A stretch of 63,996 nt of DNA, the filler included, from Sphacelaria rigidula (Eukaryota): assembly GCA_964200075.2 (NCBI GenBank). It is 3 parts of 3 records of this genome, joined end to end, with 100 filler letters (N's around TTAATTAATTAA, not from the genome) between each part and the next. Parts side by side here need not be neighbours in the genome. Positions count along the whole stretch, not along the records: positions 1 to 21,635 come from CAXNAA020000399.1; positions 21,736 to 43,351 come from CAXNAA020000400.1; 1 more part is not named here. One strand, given 5' to 3'. A program made the translations under genes and the position numbers. Under the pieces are notes generated by a model. The model saw only the letters and a program-made list of their open reading frames with translations. It was not told where the DNA came from and made no database searches. Shown here one piece after another: positions 12,901-25,536 of this stretch (position 1 is the stretch's first letter; each line of letters begins with the position of its first letter).

Positions 12901-14940
12901 ACCATCGAAAAGCGAGAAGCGGAATGGAAGAAGCATGGACAAGACACGGAGGTCAGACGTTCGGGTGGTCCTCACGTGCATTCTTAACTCTTGTTGCTAG
13001 TTTGCACAGGACGTGCGACACATGCCACACTAGCTCTTGTGACAAGCGTTCACACCAGGTGAAGCAGAATGTTTCCGCACTTCAACTCCGACGCATCGCA
13101 GTGGAATTTGTTAAACATCACGGGTTTTGATTTAGGGAAGGCCCTTTCTGTTGTGGTTCACTGATTAATTGTGTTCTACGGTGCACCGTCCAAAGATTTT
13201 AGAGCATGTCGAATGGATGGTGATCGGATTCCAGGATCACTAGAAACAACGAGCAATTATCATGTTCATTGTTGATGCGCCATTATTTCAGGAGCACGGC
13301 GATCTCCTACGACGACTTCGTGGGTGGGTAGAGCACTATCGCCTCCCTTCGCGAATGGCTCCTTTCAGACGGGGAGCATTCGCCATAGCATGCCCCGCTG
13401 AAAGTGCTGGAAGAGCAGGTGCGTACCTACATTAAAAGTGGGCATAAAGGAACCCTTGAGGAAGCTCGATCCTGTCGCAAACATTCACTGTGGTAGGAAT
13501 GTGCGGGATGCCCAGCCGTTGTTGTCGCCTGGCAGCAAATTGACCTAGTATCATGGTTTAACGATGCAGCCTACCAGTTTTGCCGCTTTCGTGGGTCTGA
13601 GCGTATACAACAGCTTTCCCTCGAGAGTGGAGTCCGTGAACGCTCAATGGGTCCGAAGACACGCACGCTTTGTTCAGAAGTCCCCGGAATGCTCGAGGTG
13701 CTGCTGTTTCCCACGGATGTCGAACGCAGTTTCCCGATCGTTACTGTCGTGTGGAATGTAGGCCGGCAAGTAGTTTGGACTGACTCGTATCTGTCACTGG
13801 TGTTCATTTTCTTCGTGGTTTAATGGACCATCATTACAGAACGGGTCGGAAGTGATGGAACCGGAGGAATGTCTTTTCCTCTGAGTATCGATCCCCACCC
13901 GGGACCTTGCTTAATCGACCTGTGGACGGGTCAAGTCGTGGCAAGGAATCCCAACGAGAACAAAAGGGGCTCCGGAGTCGGAGCAAAGGTGACAACCGGA
14001 TGGGCAAGCAAATCAAGGGGTTGCGTGCAAACCGATTGACTCCCGTAAAGCGCACAGAACACAGAACGCCGATGAAGCAGGCTCTCCGCATAAAAAACCT
14101 GCGGTTGATGCACTCAAGGAGCACATCAAACGGGTCTGGATCCAAGTCGTCGTCGTTCAGATGGCACTCGATAACGTTTACACGCTCCTCTCATTCGGAC
14201 TTATATGCCCAACAAGCACAGGGTATGTCAGAAATTACCCCACGTATATATTTGGGGCGCTCAGCGTGCGTCTGTCACACTAGGGGCGCTCGTCCGGTGT
14301 GACGTGCCATGTCTGACGACGGTTTTGACTTTGAGCGCTTTCCCCACCGTCATCCGGTTCTGTGAAGGTGAATGATCATGCAGAACGAGCAATTATGGAG
14401 AATATTGGGCTCACAGACCGCGCCACCATCGCTATTTCCGATCCTGTCACGACTTCCATCACCGATGCCTCGGGTACTGAAGATGAGGAAGCTGTCGTGA
14501 GCCAGATGTGCCCGACACAACAGGCTACCACTGTTGATAAGACAACACCCAGATCTCCTGCAGACCAATCAGTGCGTGACAGTACCCTGGCATCGGCCGA
14601 TATCGAGAGGGTTACCACCAACGAGACAAACCCCTCAAAGCACCTCGTGGCAGCGCACAATGACATTCGGGTGGGAGAAGATAGAACAGAGGCAGTTGCA
14701 AAGGACAATCGCACCATTGCATCACCTTCTGGGTACGGGGCAGATGAAAGACAGTGCACCCTATTGGCCCAGGACGAACCTGAAAGCGATACTGTCACCG
14801 AGGAACTTCAAGAGACGATTAAAGAAGAGCGTTCGGGGATGAACGAGAGCAGGGATGCCTCGGTTACGGATGAGGCAGTTGGTGAAGATGGGCAGGATCA
14901 GAATCCGGTCAACCTTCCGGGCGCGGACAGGAAGATGTGA
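927..14940 (+). CDS. Multi-exon gene (5'-partial): uncharacterised protein with degenerate EF-hand-like motifs and an acidic low-complexity C-terminus
   Basis: Phase-consistent GT-AG exon chain read by hand: 927-1026 (PYMYANGTWNLDGFLRYLQDQGEITINATDDVQ), 4332-4477 (LLREIFLTLVARQKDR...IRQEC), 5328-5420 (DYGLYPTIPNSGESNFFLTLLFVGALHGAV), 5932-6007 (QEGPMPRLRALVAEADVDEWLSISK), 6221-6365 (LDRLVRSG...ECFCEFTDDSNGRLSP), 8471-8541 (VLFTAAQEMERFVRAAGTGDTAT), 9208-9285, 9702-9797 (VTEGRLTYGQFSIFIAGLSQLQPE), 9991-10107. Less certain exons: 10947-11193, 11401-11527 (VHEELNDLLRIIFARY), 12538-12609, 13010-13058, 13292-13327 (STAISYDDFV), 13578-13697, about 13868-14222, and terminal exon 14384-14940. The start codon lies upstream of the window or was not found. 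Confidence 0.7.
1697..3750 (+). pseudogene. Decayed Mutator-like (MULE) transposase inside an intron
   Basis: Ser/Glu-rich N-terminus followed by LMLGLKMDGFDKAIKVKL (MuDR-N-like). Later a SWIM-finger-like segment KSCECMGCSQY...GCGEASAVI (about 2537-2610). Many stops and frameshifts. Confidence 0.45.
4081..4248. repeat. Poly-C low-complexity tract with an internal N gap
   Basis: Runs of C flank 10 N. The poly-Pro/poly-Gly ORFs in the track derive from this tract. Confidence 0.9.
8710..9170. repeat. Intronic non-autonomous element with internal repeated CCA(C/T)CTGAGAT and GGATATCCC motifs
   Basis: Recurring ccatctgagat, ccacctgagat, ccacccggga and ggatatccc words. A related inverted patch lies at about 9460-9545. 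Confidence 0.5.
14384..14940 (+). CDS. Probable terminal exon of the contig-1 gene (acidic, Thr/Ser/Asp/Glu-rich disordered tail)
   Basis: Long open frame (ORF 14362-14940). The acceptor atgcag|AA at 14384 is phase-compatible with the donor CAGG|gtatgt at 14222. Ends at TGA 14938-14940. Confidence 0.6.
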
Positions 14941-15294
14941 GAGAAGAGTTCTCCGTGGATCTCGGTGCTCTTTTGCTACGTGCTCACGCTTTATAGGAGG
15001 TCGTCCATTCAACAAACGAGACATCAATAGCAAAATTAGCTGCTCAGAATCCAAAGGATGGCTCTTGAAAACGCCAGCATTTAGGGGCTGCCATATATTT
15101 CAAGGACGCACACTTGGGCTTGACAATGGGAGTCGCTACTGACGTACTGGCCAAAATTAAGTGTTGATGTTCCACACTGCACTACCATCTCTATTTCATG
15201 GTCACATCATATACGGGTGCATTTTTCTCGAGGACGCCTTCCACTTGATGGTGAGCCAATGGCCTAACCATTGTGTTTTTCTGAAGTGCTCGAC

Positions 15295-15440
15295 CTACTA
15301 AAGCAAAGGAAACTCCTGTGGTGGCCTCCCTCCTGCGTTGGCCTCCCTTCTGTGTGACCCCGGCTGATGCGCCCACACATACCAAAAGGTGTAGACTGAC
15401 GTCCAGAATAGATGGGATGACAACACAACGCACTCACACT
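15295..15440 (+). mobile_element. SINE family A, 5'-truncated copy
   Basis: ccccggctgatgcgcccac...gtccagaatagatgggatgacaacacaac matches the 3' half of the full copies at 27224, 34836, 39722 and 45964. Confidence 0.8.
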
Positions 15441-18400
15441 CGACCGGCCGGAATTTGATCGATTGTATTCCCTTGACGGCAGGATCGAGCGACGGCAACC
15501 AGCCACTGAAGACTGGAAAGGGCAAGTAACCGCCTGGACAGTCGCAAAAAACGTCAGGGCTCATCGAATGCACGTTTCCAATACTGTTGGACAGGTGACA
15601 CAAAGGCGATTGTTATGTTTCATGCCACTTCTCACTTGAACCAAAAGGTATCTTGCACAACAAAACATTAACAATACCAGCAGTTGTTGTACGAACAAGA
15701 TAACGCTTGTGTCACGGGGTCACGGATTTACTCGGTGAACCAACCGTATGCGTAATGAAACAGTCCGTGGATCCTTGCGCCGGTAGCCACAACTCAACAG
15801 CATATCGAGCTGAACAGTCGCTGAATAGGTTTATGCCAAGTCGAGACGCTTTATTCAGGCGTCGATTTCCCGCGGTGAAGGTATGGTATGTAGCCTCCTC
15901 ATTGGATCAATTTAAATGACAGGGAGCCCAATGTGATACATCGTTTTCAATCCCAATCGTTGTGAGGCAACATCACCTCGACATGTCGCACCATTCTTTA
16001 CGAAATTGGGCACAATTCGGTACCTGTTCCGGCACACGCTACATTTCCCTCTCTCTCTTCGAATCTTTCTCCGAATCTCTCTCTCTCTCCGAATCTCTGC
16101 AGATATTGCGTCAGATCCGCCCCGCCACCAAAGCACCTTCCAGCGCGACGCGACGACCAGAACATATCATAGAGTCAATCCAGTCAGAGGGAGAGGAAGG
16201 CTTGTGAGTTTGTCGCAGATAGTTGCGCATGAGACACGATAGTGAGTGATTTCACTTCCGCATTTTTTTGGAGAAAACGTACACACGTTTGTACGTGGCC
16301 CGTCGCTCGGCTCGAGATCTCCGTCTGGTCACACAGTTGCTGATAGTAAGAACGATCGACATGTGCATAACGTGTAACATACTAGCGTGTGTGCACGAAT
16401 ATTGGACTCTTCTCAGGGACGATAGCGACCGCACTAGCACGTCGGAGGAGGAGGAGACTCAGTACCATCGTCAACCAACCGTGGCGGCCACGACGATCGA
16501 AGAATTCACGACATATCCGAGTTCCCACCCCAGTCAGCAGTTGCTCAAGGCAAGGGTCAATGCGCAGCACTAGCAATAAGACGCTCATCGTTTGAGCTTC
16601 ATGCCACATGATGACGGGACATAGTGCCAACAGTGATTGTCGTATAATAAAAAAATTATCCCGCAATGTCCAGAGATAAAATCTGCCGACGTGGCACTAT
16701 TAGTCGCAATAGTAGTTCCTCCTGCGTTACCACCATATGGCACTATCACAGCGGCCGGTGACTGTACCACAAAACTGCCACGGGGTTGCCGTGGTACCTG
16801 ATATCACGGAAGATCTACGAGAGGCCTGTCGTTGACCGCGGTTCGCCGAGGAACCTGATGCGAACCCTCTTAGATAGTACAACCATCGTCGTTGTCCGCC
16901 GATAGGACGCAACGCTCTGACTGTCGTGTATTTGTGTGTGTATAGTTTCACGGCCGCGGGCAGCACAAAACCACCCGGGAGCTCCACTTTAACAAGAACC
17001 CGAGTCCGAACCCTGTAGCTAGCCGTAAACCTATAGCCATGGACTTACGGTGCGCGTTGGTAGGGTATGTATCCAAGCCACGTTTGTTGGAAGGTGTATA
17101 CTTAGGCTATGCGCGTTGGTAGAGGGTTAAGATCTGCTGTATACCAACATCATGATGTCCCTGTGGATGCCAGCCTTGTGCTACGACAGTATCATGGACG
17201 TGTCACGATACTACCACAAACGCTCTGAAGAATAAATCATGGACTTACTACGCGAAAAATGTTGTCGTGGCCTGTCATGATACTAACGGTACAACCTTCA
17301 CGAGGGTATCAGTAGCACGGCAGTACGGCCATGACATTCTCATGGTCTTATCTTTAAGGCACCGTGAACGGCCATCGCGGCACTACCATGATGACACTAC
17401 CATACCTCTCCATGGTATGACTCATTGTTGCGACTAAACAATTGCACATCTTTCACAACCTTGTGCCGATTAAATCGATGTTATGTTAGTCGTTTTCACG
17501 CCGCCGACTATGTGGTATGTTCCGACTTTCCTTCATCATAGGCTGGTGCAACGTTGATGTGGCAGAAGCGCCCGGCGCAGGCTGTGGTCCTTTGGGGTAA
17601 AGCAGCAGAGATGCTGCGAAGTATCCCCAAGGTAAGAAGGGGGAACCTGTCACCTTATTCAGTGGCAGGTTGCAGACTATGCAGTAAAGGATTTTGCACA
17701 AGAGCCCGGTGGATGGCTTGTACACCGTTTGACCATAATGCTTTGAGGCTTTTGTCGTAGGCGTGCATCATGTATCTCACTATACGACCGGTATCAGCAT
17801 CACCGCCGACGTCGTAAGGGGAAAGCCAGTTCAAAGCAAGTGTGCCGAGGCGTGCCATTGTAACATGTTCGCAAGCATCGGGTAAGCAGCTGATCAGCAT
17901 ATTGGAAATATTTGGGTACTTCCGCAAAGAAGACTCAAGTTGATGTACTGTGGTCGCATCAGAGTGAAACGGCGCACAAAATGATGTTAAGTCGCCTTCC
18001 TTTTCCCTACAACCTTCCTTTAATGTGCACCGTCGGAGGCAGGCCGACCCCCGTCAGAGACTGGTTATTATCCTTCGTCTGTCCTCCGCGTTGACAGCCC
18101 TTCAACACTTTCAACAAGTTCCTTCGCTCCTGAGGGAGGGGGCAGATGTTGCACGGCTCATCGTGGACTGGGAACGCTTTCCGAGGTGATACACCGCAGG
18201 CATCGCACGAAAATACAATGCGCATGTCTACTGCGCACAATTCGATACAATCATTATACCAGTGGGACTTTGGAGATCCTAAATACCGCACAACTCAAGC
18301 GGATAACACGTATTAAAACGCTCTTGATCCTGACGCGCGACCGACATATTCAGATCGGGCATCAACCATCAACTAGTGGCGAGGATTGCATGGAAACTCG

Positions 18401-19849
18401 GCTGGGCGTTAGTTGCGGTACACGAATACGAGCGCGCCCTGAGGGCGTTTCATTATATGGAAAAGGTGATGCTTGGATCTTGACCGTCTTACCACCAGAA
18501 GGCCTTGTTGGTAAATACGGCATGAGTCAACGCAAAAGTGTAAAGAGCATCTACATCCTCGGCGATGCGTGTTGCAGTATTTCCAGATCCAAGGTACTCA
18601 GAGTGGCAAGTGCGGGTGCGGTCGACGGCTAGGAAATAGAATACACCTGTGGACGTCCACAAATGCTGCTCATCCCAATATTCTACTTGTACGCCAGCAT
18701 GCTACGATCTATTCCCCGATCCTCTCGGTCTCTATCGTCGGCGTTGCGACCGTACACGCTGCTTCCAATATAGCTGATCGATCCACACTCCATGATTTAC
18801 GACGACATCGCGACATCATGGGGAGGGAAGGGCGGTTCAGCAGCAAGTCTCATAGGTCTCGGTCGCGGGAAGGAAGCCTTGGCTGCTGCGGCGGCGGCAA
18901 TGTCACTCGCAGACCAGGTACGAATGATGAGCTATCTTGCCAGTGACTCAATTCATCATCATGTGTGAGTTGTACTGCAGTGTCGCGGACATGGCGTGTG
19001 ACACAACGTACGACTACCCCAACTCGGTACCGTATTCGAGTGTTTTCATGGTTTGGCTATATCCGAGCCATCACTCGTGGGGGTGCGTATCAAGGCGTGT
19101 TTTGTCGAGACAACAAATACGTCTTGAATAATCCATTTGCACTTTGATTTTCGTCCACAACACCCACGTTTCAGTTTTATCGAATAATTTTTCTTGTACA
19201 TATCTAAGCCGGATCTGCGAGCAAGTGAGAGGATACGGACCCTCCTGCAATGGCCGATGGTCCAACATCTCTGTACTCGTGTACGAAAAGTACACCGCAA
19301 GAAGACACAACGCTTGCACAACCGGACGCCAGAAAATGTGCACAGACACCCACCATCTACACAACAGATTCTTTGTTTGATGGGAATCCGTTCAGTAATG
19401 GATCAGAGACAGGCGCGTGCGTCAAAGTTCACGACCGAAGACCTGTCTTTGCTGACCGTTGGTGTAGGTGTTCGGCGCGCTTTCAACACGTTTCATCGAC
19501 TCTAACAGGTATACCTCGAATTACATGCTTTTGTTCAGCAGGGGGGCAGTAGGACTCTTCCATGTGACTGTGTTGGGTTGCGTGCCACACCTTGCCGTCC
19601 GCCCGCGGTAGCTCACGTATCTGCTTCTCTCCCCATCGTTCTCTTTCCATGTATGTATTGACTGACGGTGAATGCAAGTCGCAGTTCGGGGCCTCGTTTC
19701 CACAGAGCTCAGAGTTCATACCCAAAACAGTGTGGCCAAAGTAGACGAATCGCAATCTGTTCCCACTTTTGTTTTCGATTGGGTACGAAGGCGTGTGCTT
19801 TTGCGCGAAAATCGTTTCCATCCGAAGCCGTGTTACAGAGGCCGACCAT

Positions 19850-20122
19850 TTCTAGTTTTCCGTCTCATTTTTTTTTCAGTTACTCCTTGTATCTTTTTCG
19901 CCTCTCTGGTTTCTTCATTTTCTTTCAAGCGAGTGTTTCCTTTCGTTTTGTCCTCGGGCACGTCTATCATGTGACTATCATGTGTCATGTGACTATCATG
20001 TGACTATGATGTGACTGTGATGTGACTATGACGTGACTATGACGTGACTACTGTATGACTGGATCCCTGTGGGACCAGTTCTTGTGCGATAATCAATCAA
20101 TCAATCAATCACTTAATCAATC
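19850..20122 (+). mobile_element. RTE LINE 3' end remnant with an 11-bp minisatellite and a (CAAT)n tail
   Basis: T-rich tract, then about 8 degenerate copies of ATGTGACTATC/G (19968-20050), then ggatccctgtgggacc...tgcgataatcaatcaatc. Same tail style as the LINE at 50871-50914. Confidence 0.65.
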
Positions 20123-21635
20123 AGTGCACATCCTGCATGATCTGAACTCGTACAGGTCTTCACAAACAGCGCTTCCATACTGAAGGTTATAAAGGCCATT
20201 TTTTATTTTAGCCGAAGAACTCGAGATTACGCCTTTCCCGTCCTGTACGATGACAAACCAAAATATGACGGAAGCATAATGCACGCGAAACCCAAGTCCC
20301 TGCGACGAGCACCCTGTGCATTCTCCATCAAAGCAATCCTTCCTTCGAACCAGGCTGAATCGACATGAAATCCGTTGACACCCTATTTTCATCCCCTGCG
20401 GGACTATCCAATTCTCCTTTTTTATTAGGCAAGCCTTGCAGACTGGCGCCTTGTTTCTGAAACATGTGTTTCATTATCGCTGTTATTGCTGTTTCTTTCT
20501 TGATTCCTGCACTACCACCCGGAGCTAAACCACCCCTTGTCGTGCAATCGCGGCAGGGACACTAGGCTTCCCCACCAGCCTCCCTCATGTTTATCATGGA
20601 GACCCGAGATTCTTACCGTCCGATGTTTGCCAGGGTCTGCTTGGGCTACAACTTGCGTGGCCCCACTATCCTCCCCAATGGCAAGGCCTACTTCAATCCA
20701 GTTTCACCCGAACTATTCACCATACCTTCCAATGTCATTACCATTAACATTACCACTTGTGTTCGCGTGAACCCCCCCCCATACCATTGGTGTGGCCCTA
20801 AACGCGAGCGGTGCGTTGCCGTAAAGCTGCGGATGCATCACTTGCAGATCCAGGAATGCCTTCTCCAAAATCCCCGAGGTTCCTCCTGACCGCACCGAGT
20901 GATCGACAGTTTCTATTCGCTGCCTTTTCCCGGTCCCTTTTCGAGGCGATGACGAAGATTTTCATTTGGTTCGCAAACACATGGTTCTTAAATTTCAGTT
21001 GTGCCTTTCCGCGTGAGAACGCGAATTAGCTCCTGATTAGATAAAAACTCTGGATGTACCGGCTCTGTGGGGTGAATCCACAATTCGAAAACTTTGCGTA
21101 GCAAAAAATATAAGAAGATTCCCTGGCCAAATGACGTTGCCGCCGTCCTCGGTACCGACCACGACCTGCCGTCCCTGCATTAGTAATGACCATGTGATTT
21201 GTCGCCCAAAGCGCGCTTTTCTTCGTATCATTCCGTATGCTCTACCGATACCTTTAGCCAGGTTAGATTTGTGAAAATCGTTGTAGCGGGTAGGTACTGT
21301 GAGAACTTCATAGCGGTGAGGTGACAGTAGATCGCGGAACGTCGCATCGCGCGATAAATTCATTCAGAGCATTCATTACGACATCCAGATCATCATGCAA
21401 TGAGATCCACAGCACGTCGGAAACAATCCCACGCTTCGAATCTTGACGGCGCTACCCCCGACGACCCCCGACACCAGCGCGTCCACCAACCGCGCCACTT
21501 GCTTCCTGGCCCCACCCTCTTGCCTCTTGTCAGTTTGAGAGAAGGACGAGAGCGAGTGAGCGCGGGGGGGGGCGGAGGAGGGGGGCAGTGGGCGGGGGGG
21601 GGGCTTATCCATTTGTTCCTTGCCTTAGGCGTTTG

Positions 21636-21735
21636 NNNNNNNNNNNNNNNNNNNNNNNNNNNNNNNNNNNNNNNNNNNNTTAATTAATTAANNNNNNNNN
21701 NNNNNNNNNNNNNNNNNNNNNNNNNNNNNNNNNNN
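21636..21735. other. Artificial contig spacer (N44-TTAATTAATTAA-N44)
   Basis: 100-nt linker carrying stops in all six frames. An identical linker is at 43352-43451. Confidence 0.97.
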
Positions 21736-24700
21736 GCTGTGCGAGATTGCCTTCTACGTTTTTGGTTGAGCATTGGGTGCTCGAGCCATATAGCTCTAGA
21801 CTCTACCGAACAGAGTGTGTCTCACACGCCTTGTTATTGCTGGTGATGTGAATAAAGCCAGCGTCCACTACAGGAAAATCAAGTGATACGTCGAGAGTGC
21901 CAATTAAAAGTTGACCGAGACCTTATGTATCCCCCCCCCCTCCGGCGGTCCTAGGATTTATTTATTTCTCACAAGAAGAAACACTCAATAAATAGCCATT
22001 TTGGGCCGACTTGGGTGAGGTAGCGCCCATGATTGTTGGCTCTATTTGCCACCATAAGATGCGACGCACATTGGGCGAAAATTGGCGGTGCAGATAGATG
22101 CGTTTAGCTTGATTGAGCATGCATTGCAGAGCATTGTGGTATTTATCTGGTCTTGTTCTTGTAGTGGAAATGTGATGTGCAATGTATTGCCGAAACTCAT
22201 GAAAATAACTTGGCCTTGGCTCCGAAGGTTTGCGAAGAATTGAGGCGTTATCAACACGATTTTTTTTTTTACACTTTAATTTGTTTATACTTGGTGATTT
22301 ATTATTTCTGTACGGGATTTAGTAACCCCCCCCCCCCTCCCTCTCCCCGGATACACCTGAGATTAAAAAAATCGGCATAGGGTCTCGCATTGTTTTGTTT
22401 TGGGCACTCCTGGATACGTACTGAAAATGCAGTGGGGGGGTGACAACCTTATTTCAATCCAAGTAGGGAGGCAATAATGCGCCGGGTGGTGGACATTGTC
22501 ACGGGACGAAACACTTACCATGTCCACCACACGAAAAGGAGAAAAAGCATGAACAGCAGCAGCGGCAGCAGCAGCAATATCTTCACTGCCAGTAGATATG
22601 TACGGCTGGGGGTGGGTCTGAATCAGCCGGTGTCAATACTGCTGCTGCTCCTGCGGTTGCTGCTCTTCCTTGTGCGAGAGACGGCCCGCGTTTCGATCGT
22701 GCGACAACGCCCACTCACCTTGCACGTGATAGCCACCGTGCTGGAAAGCGCTAGTCCGTACGACCCGCCGATGGGCCCATACTTGCTCACTCGGCGAAGT
22801 GCTGGGAAATATAGCTGTGCGCATCTCTCTGTCGGAGCTGTGCATGTCGAGTATGTCTCACGTGTGGCTACTGCTGGTGAAGATATTAAAGCCAGTGTGG
22901 CTACTGCTGGTGATGGAAGCCAGCTGTGCGGCCATGAATAGCCACGGGACTTGTATAGCTTCTTGTCAACAACATCTCATTTTCAACTTCGACAAGACCG
23001 CACTGCCTGTCAACTGCAGCTGTTCGGAAAGCAATAGTAGTACAGCAGCTCAGGTGATTCAGCAGAGACCAGATAGGTTTGGCAAGGTTTAAATACACGA
23101 TCGTGCAGTGACCGGTGCAGCACATGAGAGAGCCGTCTGCGTGCGCTGCTGTACAACAAAATATGACATGTCACATTTTAATTTTTGTGCCAACTTTCGA
23201 ACAGGTGCTCAAGCGTTCAGAATCGTCACCCAATTCTGAACGCTTGGCCAAAATTTTGCATTTTTGGGGTTCGTTCAGAATTTTGGCGGTCAAAATCTTG
23301 ACGATTTTGTTCCAAAATGGTCGGTTTCGTGACCACGTGTTCAAAAAACAAAATAAAAAAAATCTGAACGGCTCCCATTCGAGTCGGTCTAACCATCACA
23401 TCCGTTCCTAATATAGTTGGAGTGATGTAGTGTGCTGTATTGCGCTATCTACCATCTCGGGCAAGCAAGCCATTCTACAGCTACACTCCGTCATCGTACT
23501 CCGTCACACCATGTGACAAACGCGCGCCTAGCGTCGACACGCCGTCCTCGGTCGCGGCAAGTTGTCATTTCCCATAGGAAATACGCTATATCCGACCTGC
23601 GATCAGCCGAAACGTAATCTTCAACCTGCCTTCGTCCCATTTTTCTCCTTTGTGGTATGTGCGTACGTGTAGCTCCGAGGGCCTGAAAGCTTCCGTTTAT
23701 ACGCAACATACACACGCGGCAATTCCTTCCAAGTTCATCAACATACCTTCAGGAGCACATGTTTCATCAATCCCCAAGTATGCCGAACAGAATCATGCCG
23801 CCACAGATCCTATGTCGTCTCTCGGGTGAACTACCAACACAAGTCAACAAAGGCTCGCAAGATATTGCCACGGCATGTGAAGATACAGCTCAGATTACAT
23901 CGATCTTGCTCGAGTGATGATCTATGACCCACAGCAAATCTGAAAAATGGGCAAACAGCTCGCGTAATACCCACGCCATTACCATGGGCTTTTACCCGCG
24001 AGGACCGCATCCACTCGATATCAACAAAACGCCGCAGCATGAACACAGGAACAACGCTCAACTCGCCACCGATCCGATCTGTCCGCGAGCCACCGAAAAC
24101 ACTATCGAAAGGACAGCTTTTGAAGATTGCTAGTCATGCTGCGCATACTCTCCTCCACTTTCGATGCGATCTCTCTGTTTCATCACGGTGAGGCGATCGG
24201 GGATCAGGGGCATGAAGTCATGCAATGAGATACGTGTGTGAGCTGAAGGAAGGTTCAAGAATAACTGGTGGTGGCGATGAAAGTGCGCATAAGCAGCGAG
24301 ACTCGAAGGGAAAGTAGGTGGGTGGAGATCAACAGCTCTGGAACTTTTCTATGAATGCTGACAAAGCTTGACAACTTACATCTCAATTCTATATTGCGTA
24401 AAGACGGGCGGGATGCACAGTGAACTCCACCCCTGAGGTGTTAGGCGCAAGGTGCCGCGAGACTACGAAGACATTTTTCTGGAAATACAAGTTTGATGGT
24501 CACTGCGCTCGTGACCGCGTATGTGCCAATCTATGACTGATTCTGAGGGTACCATGGTTTTCATCTAATGCGCGCTTCCTGGCTTTGCGCTTCGGCAAAA
24601 AGGGGTAAGACAGTGGTCCAGAATGGCCTCGACAAAAATACGACGAAAAAGCAAAAAGATACAAATCCAAAAAGATACACCACATTCAACGACCTTGATG

Positions 24701-25336
24701 AAAATTAAGTCCAAGTGCGATACACTGGGGGAGTGTACAGGAATGCTGATTTTTGACTGCCGTATAACGACACGTGCAGCATATGATTCTCTATTATCAA
24801 TAGTGCCGAAAAAAATCCTCCCAAAAACAATGTGGGGTGTTTCGTCACAGCGGTGGAAGTGCACAATTATAGCGTTCCTAGCCAAAATGCGCGAGCGTGT
24901 AGCTTTTGGACACCAGCACTCAAAATGTCAAGTACTGTATGGTACGTGAATCATCAGGGGTAAAGGCCTGCACACAGTATGAGCATAATCACCTCGACTG
25001 GCCGGAATACAGGTGCGAACCTTTCACGCTTCACAATACTATTACGGTATCAATGCACAGAGTACTAATGAAATAATCGGCCACAGCGGTTGGTTCATCC
25101 CCCAGCCCCATCAGCCAGTAGGTATCACCACCAACGCTGCACGAGATTTAGAGTAAGATGAATCAACAAATGTCAACATGAAAGTTTCTGCGCCGGACTC
25201 ATTCAATCAGCTCTAACAATAAGTTGCACAGTCATGGGGAGGGGAGGGGGTGAAATCGGAAGAGGAACGAGCAAAAAACGTAAGTATGTGCCATAAGTAA
25301 CGGTGCAGTGGTCATTCGTAGCTACGTACGGCTCAC

Positions 25337-25536
25337 CGAGTGTTCGTCTCAAACTTCGGCATGGTTGCGGCGAGCCGTGCTGCTGAAGCTTGAGGGGGTG
25401 ACGCCGCTACCGTTGGAGGCGTTGCAGGTATCCCAGCTGTGTCGTTTCGTGTTGTGACAGATGATCGATCCACCCCCAGAGTGTCAAGAATTATCTGTTG
25501 GTCCGTCTTCCGCATGCCTTTGAGTGTCATGATTGC
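25337..25536 (-). CDS. VPS53: VPS53 exon (AIMTLKGMRKTDQQIILDTLG...PKFETNTR)
   Basis: tccag|GCA acceptor and CG|gtgagc donor; 200 nt, phase 0/2. Confidence 0.88.

Noticed and set aside
19968-20050. CRISPR-like array
   Set aside because: Contiguous 11-bp tandem units without spacers, eukaryotic context and no cas genes.
21636-21735. TTAATTAATTAA palindrome inside Ns as a biological motif (also 43352-43451)
   Set aside because: It is an identical 100-nt six-frame-stop linker used to concatenate contigs. No synteny should be inferred across it.
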